NCBI GenBank assembly: GCA_015523545.1
Contig: WAKB01000008.1
Span: 77,546-101,545 of the forward strand
Length of the DNA: 24,000 nucleotides
Direction: 5' to 3'
Source of the DNA: Candidatus Geothermarchaeota archaeon
GTDB lineage: Archaea > Thermoproteota > Nitrososphaeria > Geothermarchaeales > JDFR-13
This document shows, piece by piece, positions 16,771-24,000 of this stretch. Numbering within the stretch: the stretch's first letter is position 1; each line of letters begins with the position of its first letter. The notes under the pieces are model-generated. The model was not told the origin of the DNA. It saw nothing but the letters and a program-made list of their open reading frames with translations, and did no database searches. The position numbers and the translations under genes were made by a program.

Positions 16771-18237
16771 TCAGCCCTTAACCACGGCCAGAGGCAGCAT
16801 CCTTACGACCCTCTTAGCCAGTCCAGCCCCATCGGCCACCATGGCCACATCATCACTGCTCTTATAGGCGAATTCAACCTCCTCTACGACAGTAGCCATA
16901 GACTCAGCCCTCACAATTATTCCTCTCCTACTAAGATCCTGAAGTATCCTGTCTCCACGATACATCCTCTTGGCAGCTGACCTGCTAAGCACCCTTCCGG
17001 ATCCATGTGGTGCTGAGGCAAAGCTCCTCTCAAGACTGGTTGGATGTCCAATGAGGATATATGATGCTGTCCCCATGCTGCCTGGAACGAGTACGGGCTG
17101 TCCTACAGATCTATAGACCTTAGGCAGGAGTGGATGGCCAGCTGGGAGACTCCTAGTAGCTCCCTTCCTATGTACATAGAGGAGCTTCCTCTTGCCATCC
17201 ACAACATGCTCCTCCGGCTTTACAATGTTATGTGCCACGTCATATACGATCTCCATATCAAGCTTATCGGCGCTAGTCTTAAACACCTCTTCGAAGCTCT
17301 GCCTCACCCAGTGGCTGATTGCCTGCCTATTCGCAAATGCAAAGTTAACTGCACACTTGAATGCCTTGAGATACTGCTGAGCCTCCGGACTCTTAAGCGG
17401 CGCATATGCAAGCTCCCTGTCAGGGAGTTTGATGTTATACTTCCTTATCGCCCTGTCCATGACCTTTAGATAATCGCTACACACCTGGTGTCCATAACCC
17501 CTACTACCACAGTGAACCATTACTACTACCTGTCCCCTCTCAACGATACCCATAGCCTTTGCCAGCTTCTCGTCAAAGATCTTATCCACAACCTGAACCT
17601 CTAGGAAGTGGTTTCCACTTCCAAGGGTACCTATCTGGTTCAATCCACGCCTCTTAGCAGTATCGCTTACATAAGATGGATCAGCACCCTCTATAGCACC
17701 CTCCTCCTCAATCCTCTCAGGATCATCCGCCCATCCAAGGCCGAACTTGTTTATTATATATTGTGCACCCTCAACAGCTATCCTGTCCAGCTCACTCCTA
17801 GTTACGTGGAAGTCCCTTCTCCTACTACCCAGCCCTGCAGGTACATTCCTGAATAGGACGTCTGCAAGCTCCTTAATCTTGTCCTTAACATCATCGTAAT
17901 AGAGATTAGTCCTTATCACCCTCACACCACAGTTTATATCGTACCCGACCCCACCGGGGCTTACAACACCCTCCTCCCCATCTACTGCAGCCACACCACC
18001 AATGGGGAAGCCATACCCCTGATGGAAGTCAGGCATGACAATACTGAATTTCTGTATACCTGGGAGGGTCGCCACGTTCATAGCCTGGATAAACGTCTTG
18101 TCCTTGGTCCCCTGCTCATAGATCTGTTGCTTAGACGCATATATCCTGACAGGAACCCTCATATCCTTCCGAGCTTCCTTAGGTATCTCCCAGATAAACT
18201 CATCTAGCTGCCTGATAGGATATGGAAAACGATTCAT
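16771..18237 (-). CDS. rtcB: RNA-splicing ligase RtcB (3'-phosphate/5'-hydroxyl tRNA ligase)
   Basis: GVGYDINCGVR, GSGNHFLEVQ, HCGSRGYGHQV, PGSMGTASYIL and SAPHGSGR: the full set of RtcB metal/GMP-binding motifs. 488 aa with no intein. A TATA-like GTTTTAATTA lies about 23 nt upstream of the ATG. Confidence 0.95.
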   Translation of the reverse strand: MNRFPYPIRQLDEFIWEIPKEARKDMRVPVRIYASKQQIYEQGTKDKTFIQAMNVATLPGIQKFSIVMPDFHQGYGFPIGGVAAVDGEEGVVSPGGVGYDINCGVRVIRTNLYYDDVKDKIKELADVLFRNVPAGLGSRRRDFHVTRSELDRIAVEGAQYIINKFGLGWADDPERIEEEGAIEGADPSYVSDTAKRRGLNQIGTLGSGNHFLEVQVVDKIFDEKLAKAMGIVERGQVVVMVHCGSRGYGHQVCSDYLKVMDRAIRKYNIKLPDRELAYAPLKSPEAQQYLKAFKCAVNFAFANRQAISHWVRQSFEEVFKTSADKLDMEIVYDVAHNIVKPEEHVVDGKRKLLYVHRKGATRSLPAGHPLLPKVYRSVGQPVLVPGSMGTASYILIGHPTSLERSFASAPHGSGRVLSRSAAKRMYRGDRILQDLSRRGIIVRAESMATVVEEVEFAYKSSDDVAMVADGAGLAKRVVRMLPLAVVKG

Positions 18238-18309
18238 AGAGACCCCCCTCTTCCTAATTAAAACGTTTAGGAGTGGAAATAAAGTTTAGTAATGGATTGG
18301 AAATGCAAG

Positions 18310-18318
18310 TTTTATTAA
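18310..18318 (+). promoter_or_regulatory. TATA box (TTTTATTAA) for the 5S rRNA gene
   Basis: Centred about 32 nt upstream of the first base of the 5S terminal helix (18346). Confidence 0.5.
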
Positions 18319-18345
18319 CCCGTCGAGGAGGGATAAATTAATGGT

Positions 18346-18475
18346 GGTGGGCTGCCGGCCATACCCCCCAGGGAACGCCCGTACCCATTCCGAACACGGA
18401 AGCTAAGCTGGGGCGGGCCGCTCCGAGTAGTGGGGTGCGAGAGCCCCCGCGAAAGGACGGTGCCGGCGGCCCACC
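18346..18475 (+). rRNA. rrf: 5S ribosomal RNA, stand-alone gene
   Basis: Contains the conserved CCATTCCGAACACGGAAGCTAAGC loop C/helix III region and a GC-rich body. The ends GGTGGGCTGCCGGC and GCCGGCGGCCCACC form a 14-bp terminal helix (13 Watson-Crick pairs plus 1 G-U). The exact mature ends are uncertain by a few nt. There is no adjacent 16S/23S. Confidence 0.9.
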
Positions 18476-18514
18476 TAAAACACAAACTCCTCACGGTAGC
18501 ATACGGTGCAGACC

Positions 18515-18961
18515 ATGGATTACATCCATCCCATCATACAGAGAGTGATAAACAGGCAGCTGGATACGGAGTGTCCAGACGAGGCGTTATACCTAGAGCT
18601 GATTAACCGATACGGTGAAGACGCCGTAAGGGCTATCTATAGGGCTGGACGGGGATATTCAAAGAAATATGTCTTTAAAAATGTACATGGCGGCCCTACG
18701 GTAGTGATTTATACTTACCAAGGCAATAGTGCCGAGTACATAATCTTCGAAAAACTCGGAATATGTAGCTGCAGAACAAGGTATAGATTGGACAAGCAGA
18801 AAGGGCTGGTCTGCTACCACCTAATAGGTTTTGCCATAGACGCTCTGAACAATTCAATTAGGGAGTATGTGGTTGAATATGACGACCCAGCCACAATACT
18901 CTGGGACATATCTGAAGCAGCGGATACCGATAGCACCAAGTATCAAGGCATGGATGAATAG
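18515..18961 (+). CDS. SWIM-type zinc-finger protein, function unknown
   Basis: GICSCRTRYRLDKQKGLVCYHLIGFAI fits the SWIM signature C-x-C-x(13)-C-x-H. The C-terminus is acidic. The ORF-track start GTG 18506 is three codons upstream of ATG 18515. Confidence 0.6.
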   Translation: MDYIHPIIQRVINRQLDTECPDEALYLELINRYGEDAVRAIYRAGRGYSKKYVFKNVHGGPTVVIYTYQGNSAEYIIFEKLGICSCRTRYRLDKQKGLVCYHLIGFAIDALNNSIREYVVEYDDPATILWDISEAADTDSTKYQGMDE

Positions 18962-19009
18962 AAATGCTTAAGTTATGGAGGAGGAATAAACGATTCTTAG
19001 TGATCAGCT

Positions 19010-19129
19010 ATGAGTGTGTCGATGTTCTACGACCTGCTGACCACATTGATAGCTGGACTGGTAGGCTTCGTGATAATACTACTGATATATGGGGAATATG
19101 ATAGGCAGAGGAAGATGAGTGGTAAATGA
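19010..19129 (+). CDS. Possible 39-aa single-pass membrane micro-protein (below the ORF-track size cut-off)
   Basis: My translation: MSVSMFYDLLTTLIAGLVGFVIILLIYGEYDRQRKMSGK*. It has a hydrophobic core followed by a basic tail. No good Shine-Dalgarno or TATA at the right distance. It fills an otherwise empty 170-nt gap. Confidence 0.25.
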   Translation: MSVSMFYDLLTTLIAGLVGFVIILLIYGEYDRQRKMSGK

Positions 19130-19132
19130 GGA

Positions 19133-20596
19133 CTAATACTTTTTCCTCTCTATCCTGCTGAACGCCCTAAGCCTCAAGGTTAATGGAGAGGTGGGATCTA
19201 TCAACGATCTAGAGTCCACTTGTGCCCCGTACACCACTACCCAGTCACCAATCCCGATATTCTCGGATGAGTAGTCCGATATGTCTCCCCTAAACACCAC
19301 CATAAATGTCTCACCCTCTATATCCTCGAGTAAGATTATATTCTCCATCTCCCCCAAACCCTCCTTAATCTTCGCCACCTTACCCTCAATAGTCACATAG
19401 GACTGGGCCAGCTGGACACCCTTCACAGTCACCCGCGGGATACTTGTCTCTATCAAGCCATCATCAAGAGGCATGATCCTTGTTAAGTCTGTAGTAAACA
19501 GGTTTACGTTCGGAGCCAAATTCTTGAGGATAGCCCTAAAGATCTCAAGATAGAACTCGCCACCCTCCTCTACTTGATACATACTATCCACCTTCTCATC
19601 CATAGCCGTGAGAACAGCTTCAGAAACCCCGTCTGTCACCAATACGTTCAAAACCCTCTTATCGTTACGTACACGCTCCTTCCCAAAAGACAGAGCCTTC
19701 AGCCTAATCCTCGATAGGATCAGCCCAAAACTTATCTGGGATAGAAAAGTCTCACCAATTTCGAGGGAGACGTCGAGTGTAGGGTCTACCTCAATATATG
19801 AAAGGTTGTTCACACGTATCTCCACATCTCCAAACCGGTTCTCCCTAATCCATACATGGTACAGCCTGATCTTCTCACCCGGATTGATTGAGTAGATGGA
19901 TTCGTGGAGTCTAGACCAAGAGATACATCTAATTGCCTTTGACCCAGCCCCGATATAGAAGTCATATAGAGGCTTACTCTGCTGGTTTACCATAACCACT
20001 CTCTCAGAAGGTCGTGTCAACAAGATACCATATATATACTGAGGAGAGTCTGCTGGAGATGCCTCATTAACCGGCTTCATAAACTTGTCTATGAAGGGGA
20101 TCTCATCAGCTATGCCTTGGTAAGGCGATACAGTAGCATTCTGAGGTACATGTACCTCAAGTTCACCCTGTAGATTTTCCCTGACATAACAGCCCTGGAT
20201 ATCCACAACCTCACCTGGTCTAACTCCAAGCTTAGCGAGGTCATCTCTATTCCTACCCCAGAAGACTACGGGTATTACCCCGGTATCATCTACCAAGCCA
20301 CCCCTCGTCAACATCCCCCTCTGACTTTCCTGGCTATAACCTAGCCAAGCCACCCTAGCCACTAAATGGACATTAGAGAGTCCTGCTATCAGATCACCTA
20401 TCTTCAGCCTACCCACGGTCTCCCCTTCATAGGACGAACCACTCTCTAGGAGGAGGAGATATAATGCGGTCTTACGAGTGATATCAAGTTCGGACATATA
20501 TCTTGCAACGATATCCTCGATAGCCGCCCTAGTAAGATGTGGATTCTTCTTCAAAATTTTATCTATGAGCTCTTCCTCCTCCCTCAAATCATCCAT
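19133..20596 (-). CDS. Multi-OB-fold nucleic-acid-binding protein, RPA (replication protein A)-like
   Basis: An N-terminal helical segment (..ITRKTALYLLLLESG) is followed by LKIGDLIAGLSNVHLVARVAWLG..LVDDTGVIPVVFWGRNRDDLAKLGVRPGEVVDIQGCYVRENLQGELEVHV. This matches the euryarchaeal RPA OB pattern (x-I-x-D-L, D-x-T-G, x-x-x-W, G-D-V-V). At least two or three further beta-rich OB-like segments follow. There is no Cys4 zinc motif (only 2 Cys). Confidence 0.6.
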   Translation of the reverse strand: MDDLREEEELIDKILKKNPHLTRAAIEDIVARYMSELDITRKTALYLLLLESGSSYEGETVGRLKIGDLIAGLSNVHLVARVAWLGYSQESQRGMLTRGGLVDDTGVIPVVFWGRNRDDLAKLGVRPGEVVDIQGCYVRENLQGELEVHVPQNATVSPYQGIADEIPFIDKFMKPVNEASPADSPQYIYGILLTRPSERVVMVNQQSKPLYDFYIGAGSKAIRCISWSRLHESIYSINPGEKIRLYHVWIRENRFGDVEIRVNNLSYIEVDPTLDVSLEIGETFLSQISFGLILSRIRLKALSFGKERVRNDKRVLNVLVTDGVSEAVLTAMDEKVDSMYQVEEGGEFYLEIFRAILKNLAPNVNLFTTDLTRIMPLDDGLIETSIPRVTVKGVQLAQSYVTIEGKVAKIKEGLGEMENIILLEDIEGETFMVVFRGDISDYSSENIGIGDWVVVYGAQVDSRSLIDPTSPLTLRLRAFSRIERKKY

Positions 20597-20615
20597 ATTA
20601 GTCGGGCCCCCAAAT

Positions 20616-20627
20616 CATAAAAATAGC
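20616..20627 (-). promoter_or_regulatory. TATA-like box (CTATTTTTATGA on the minus strand) for the RPA-like gene
   Basis: Centred about 26 nt upstream of ATG 20596, which is leaderless-type spacing. Confidence 0.4.
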
Positions 20628-20645
20628 CATTGGCTAGAAATAGGG

Positions 20646-20939
20646 CTAATTAGAAGTTTCAGCCCTAGATAGTAGTATCCTTATCCTAGAGACCTTTTTA
20701 GGAAGACCCCTGACGGTCTGACCCATCACCATATCGGTAGTTATGTTCTCAATCGTCACCTCACCCTTCTTAAACACGTTTACCAGGAGATTGCACACAT
20801 CTACAGCCTTACATATGTTCATCCCAAGTGCCTCAACAACTATCTTCTCCTCTCCCCTCTCGAATAGCTTGATACAGACATTTATGTAGAAGGAAGTATT
20901 CCTTTTGCCGATATACACTATTGGCAACTCCTGACTCAT
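20646..20939 (-). CDS. albA: Alba-family DNA/RNA-binding chromatin protein (divergent)
   Basis: IVYIGKRNTSFYINVCIKLFERGEEKIVVEALGMNICKAVDVCNLL matches the Alba pattern (V-x-I-G-K-K.., A-R-G-x-x-I-x-K-A-V-D-V). About 97 aa. The ORF-track start at 20942 is a TTG one codon before ATG 20939. Confidence 0.75.
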   Translation of the reverse strand: MSQELPIVYIGKRNTSFYINVCIKLFERGEEKIVVEALGMNICKAVDVCNLLVNVFKKGEVTIENITTDMVMGQTVRGLPKKVSRIRILLSRAETSN

Positions 20940-20968
20940 CAAGACCCACCATCCAACCGCCTCAGACC

Positions 20969-22768
20969 TTATATTACAATATGTGGCAGGAAAATCGACA
21001 TAAATAGAGCTATTGTATACCCAGATACGAAGAACGGCTTGAACAGCCTAGCCGAGTATACGGACACCCTACTCAGCCTCTCCAATAGGTCATAGCCAAG
21101 CACTTTTACACCAACCTCCCTAGACATCGTCTCAATCCCTGCTGGCCTAGCATTCCTTCTAGCCATATCCACAGCCATCACACAAGAGTCTATAATAAGC
21201 CTCCATAGTCTAGGGTCTTCCCCAAGCAGCTTATATCCACCCTCTACAAGCTCAAGGGCGGCCACCTCATGGGTATCAGTAGTAGCGACGACCACGGTAT
21301 CTATCCCTAGACCCCTAACAGCCTTGGCGATCTCCTTGCCAAGCCCCTTAACCATATTGTTGGAATCTATGACGATAACTGCTGAGGACTCCTCGATAGT
21401 CTCTAGATAAATAGCCAAGATACCATTGCTCCCCAAACCGTCTCTAACGCTTAGACCCCCCGGATAGACCTTAAAATACCCGACCTTAAACCTATGGAGG
21501 GGTTCAAACTTCAACCTATCTATAACCTTCTTACCAGCGACTAGGACCTCCTCCAGAGCTTCTTCATCCATGATATACCTCTTATTAGAAAGGGAGTTGT
21601 GACAATCCACGACCAACACGTCTTTAAATCCACGGCTCCTTGCATAGGACACCAGATCCCTACTTATATCTATAGGGATATCCTCCATCTCCTCATATTC
21701 AATGAAGAGTAACAGATTGTTGCATATCCTAAGGCCATACACCCGTGAATCTCCAAACTCTTCTACAACCATGTTAGAGATCTTGTTACACAGCTCTGCA
21801 CCGCTCAGAGACAGTAGCTCACCCAGCATCCTCTCCACCTCCCTCTTAGAGGGGAGGTCCAACTCATGTGAGGAGGGTGTATGAAAGACCCCAGTCTCAA
21901 GAGACTTGGTGAGATATAGATACTCACTAGCTATCTTCGGGAATGCACTGCTACCTATATCCTTAAACGGGCCGAAATGGAGATGTGGAAGTAGCAGAGC
22001 GAGGGGGTTAGGCCTCGACTCTGAGAATATCAGCATATGAACCCGCACCTTATAATCTACAGACGACTTCTCCAACAGTTCCTCCATATAGGACGAATCG
22101 CCCAGCATCCACGAATCTATGTAAGCTCTTAGATACCCGAAGGGAGACTCTCCGAGTATTGGTCTTCCACGGGCCTCAAGATATCCATAGAAAATATTGG
22201 GTATGGCCGACACTATTGCAGCCCCAACCAAGACCGAAGAGAGGAGCCCTATATCCACAAACCCCAGTAGGAGGTAGGTGAGCAGAACCACGATAAGTGC
22301 CGTAGCCCACTGCTTAGCCAATCCATTCTTAAGCATAGGAAAGTAGATAACAGCGTCTATGAAGAGCTTTGAATAGAGGACAACTGCTACGGGTATAATA
22401 GATATTATACTCCTTACCTGGGGAGAGAAGCCTAGAATAAGATAATATATCCAGAGAACAGCTGATGAAGGAAGCAGTATAAAGAGGTATTTACCCATCA
22501 ATCTACGGGGACTAAAGATATGTCGATCCCTCCTACCAAAAACCACCTGTATTAGAACCAAATCAACAAGGAGAAGGAGTAGCGGGTAGAGAAATATGGT
22601 AAGCACAGGGATAGATCCGATACCAATCCCTATGGATAATAGCAGGAGGATCGACGAGGAAGAATATAGTAGATAAGCAGTGATGAATAAGAAAGTAACC
22701 CTTGCTAGCGAGCCAAATGTAAATAGCTGTTCATATAGGCTAGCTAGTCTCAGTGAGGACTCACTCAT
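20969..22768 (-). CDS. Conserved archaeal polytopic membrane protein with a large C-terminal soluble domain (DUF2070-like, assignment from memory)
   Basis: The N-terminal ~200 aa contain about 6-7 hydrophobic helices (e.g. LLLLSIGIGIGSIPVLTIFLYPLLLLLVDLVLI). The remaining ~390 aa are soluble with no catalytic motif I recognise. The ATG is 7 nt after the Sec61beta stop. Confidence 0.55.
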   Translation of the reverse strand: MSESSLRLASLYEQLFTFGSLARVTFLFITAYLLYSSSSILLLLSIGIGIGSIPVLTIFLYPLLLLLVDLVLIQVVFGRRDRHIFSPRRLMGKYLFILLPSSAVLWIYYLILGFSPQVRSIISIIPVAVVLYSKLFIDAVIYFPMLKNGLAKQWATALIVVLLTYLLLGFVDIGLLSSVLVGAAIVSAIPNIFYGYLEARGRPILGESPFGYLRAYIDSWMLGDSSYMEELLEKSSVDYKVRVHMLIFSESRPNPLALLLPHLHFGPFKDIGSSAFPKIASEYLYLTKSLETGVFHTPSSHELDLPSKREVERMLGELLSLSGAELCNKISNMVVEEFGDSRVYGLRICNNLLLFIEYEEMEDIPIDISRDLVSYARSRGFKDVLVVDCHNSLSNKRYIMDEEALEEVLVAGKKVIDRLKFEPLHRFKVGYFKVYPGGLSVRDGLGSNGILAIYLETIEESSAVIVIDSNNMVKGLGKEIAKAVRGLGIDTVVVATTDTHEVAALELVEGGYKLLGEDPRLWRLIIDSCVMAVDMARRNARPAGIETMSREVGVKVLGYDLLERLSRVSVYSARLFKPFFVSGYTIALFMSIFLPHIVI

Positions 22769-22775
22769 CGCGAGA

Positions 22776-22958
22776 CTAGCTAGGCAGTGGAACGGGGAAG
22801 AGCACCCTAATTGCTAGTGAAACGACTACAAAGGCAATAATACCAACAACCATGTATACAGGATCGATCGTAATACCTGATAATGAATCCTCAAAGAACC
22901 TCAGAAGACCAGCAGTACTAGCTGGCATGGGAGCCTCTCTACGCCTCCTCTGCGACAT
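22776..22958 (-). CDS. secG: Preprotein translocase subunit Sec61beta (archaeal SecG)
   Basis: MSQRRRREAPMPASTAGLLRFFEDSLSGITIDPVYMVVGIIAFVVVSLAIRVLF has a basic N-terminus, the AGLLRFF motif and a single C-terminal TM helix. About 60 aa from the first ATG (22958). The ORF-track start at 22994 is a TTG. Confidence 0.8.
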   Translation of the reverse strand: MSQRRRREAPMPASTAGLLRFFEDSLSGITIDPVYMVVGIIAFVVVSLAIRVLFPVPLPS

Positions 22959-23097
22959 TTGCACCACCCCTCGAGAGCTATCAATACTATTCAAGACGTG
23001 AAACTAATTAATTGAAGCCCTGCTCTCCCATATATACCTTTATCTAACTATTCATATAGAAGAGATACAACCCTGATTAAATTGTTTGGAGGCTGAG

Positions 23098-24000
23098 ATG
23101 AGGGTGATGCTGGACAACCTCATCCTACAATTAGACGAAGGTTTTGGAATGTTTCTGAATGCGTTCTACATACTGCTATTTGCCATACTGATATTCTATG
23201 GCCAGAGAATACAGTTCCACCTCTCTATGATGGAGATGGGAGGTATATTGAAACAGCTGTTTTTCATGGCTAGCCATGCTAGGAAAACCTCATTAGATGA
23301 GATAAAGAAATATTCAGACGATCCCAACATTGAGGAGAAAATGGATAGGCTCCTAAACAGCTTCGTAATATTCCCCGAATCCATGGATCCAGCTGGCATT
23401 GTGAAGAAGGTAGAACACATAATGAACATAAGAGAAGCAAGATTCCTTGAAGATGTCAGGAGGATGATAACCAAGGAGATCGACGAATCAAGACTATGGA
23501 ACTACAGTAACATGTTAGAAGCAACGTTGGTCCTCAACCTAATATATAAAGTTATTGAGCATTACTACCTCCTAGCAAAGAAGACCAAGAACTTCTTCCT
23601 AATGGCTCAGCTACAGATGATAGTACCGCTAATATTCAACGAGGCCAAGTCGTATCTACTGGCTATAGAGGCCTTCCGGCTAGGAACACCTATAGGAGAC
23701 ACTATAGGCCCATACGTAGTACATAAACTACTAAATGATGGAAAGACGGAGGTCATAGAGAAGAAGACTGACTATGCCAAGGATACCGACCTATACATTG
23801 CTGAGCGCAACAATAGGAGGATATACGTTATAAAAGCCAGGGGACCCGGAGGCAACGTAGGCAAACCCGGAGAAGCAATAAAAAAGGTCCTCTCACGAGC
23901 CAAGAAGGGCAATGAGAAGATAGCGGGCATTATCATGATAGACGCAGCCCTTAAACTTGAGGGTGAGAAGACGGGCACGGTAGCCGAGGGAGTCGGAGCT
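23098..24000 (+). CDS. Conserved archaeal membrane-anchored protein (DUF1512-like, assignment from memory); the 3' end lies beyond the window
   Basis: Absent from the ORF track because it is open at the window end. My translation from ATG 23098 (GGAGGC 6 nt upstream) gives 301 codons without a stop: MRVMLDNLILQLDEGFGMFLNAFYILLFAILIFYGQRIQF..PIGDTIGPYVVHKLL..VIKARGPGGNVGKPGEAIKKV..IIMIDAALKLEGEKTGTVAEGVGA. Confidence 0.55.
   Translation, partial: MRVMLDNLILQLDEGFGMFLNAFYILLFAILIFYGQRIQFHLSMMEMGGILKQLFFMASHARKTSLDEIKKYSDDPNIEEKMDRLLNSFVIFPESMDPAGIVKKVEHIMNIREARFLEDVRRMITKEIDESRLWNYSNMLEATLVLNLIYKVIEHYYLLAKKTKNFFLMAQLQMIVPLIFNEAKSYLLAIEAFRLGTPIGDTIGPYVVHKLLNDGKTEVIEKKTDYAKDTDLYIAERNNRRIYVIKARGPGGNVGKPGEAIKKVLSRAKKGNEKIAGIIMIDAALKLEGEKTGTVAEGVGA

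Noticed and set aside
23196-23978. Minus-strand ORFs 23196..23474 and 23772..23978
   Set aside because: Both lie antisense to a 301-codon uninterrupted plus-strand frame starting at ATG 23098. That frame has a GGAGG Shine-Dalgarno sequence and conserved-looking motifs, so the plus-strand gene explains the region.

Overview
This is a tightly packed archaeal chromosomal window. It most likely comes from a (hyper)thermophilic crenarchaeote or TACK-type lineage. The evidence is archaeal uL3-uL4-uL23-uL2 and uS19, Alba, Orc1/Cdc6, Sec61beta, RtcB, a class-I CCA-adding enzyme and a stand-alone 5S rRNA. Very GC-rich, partly intron-containing tRNA genes sit in a mid-GC background, and AGG/AGA/ATA codons are frequent by eye. 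I call about 31 protein genes. Two of them are truncated by the window edges and are absent from the ORF track: 1..511 (-) and 23098..24000 (+). I also call three tRNAs (Pro-GGG, Val-GAC, Leu-GAG) and one 5S rRNA. I found no CRISPR array, transposase or integrase, long repeat, or recognisable defence or toxin cassette. The content is core housekeeping and I cannot honestly claim a novel system here. The most interesting points are these. (1) RNA-end and tRNA-maturation functions are unusually concentrated: thpR-cca-kinase-like-tRNAPro, a UPF0200/UPF0201-like pair, prs-trm11-rnz, and rtcB-deoC-SPOUT. Three poorly characterised proteins are embedded among them. (2) tRNA-Val carries an 18-nt intron at a non-canonical position inside the anticodon stem. 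(3) The r-protein operon breaks after rpl2, where a CinA-like gene is start/stop-coupled and rps19 is orphaned and inverted. (4) There is a 487-aa multi-OB RPA-like protein next to Alba. (5) There is a short Orc1/Cdc6 paralogue with no origin-like flank. All family assignments come from motif recognition by eye; no database search or RNA folding program was run.
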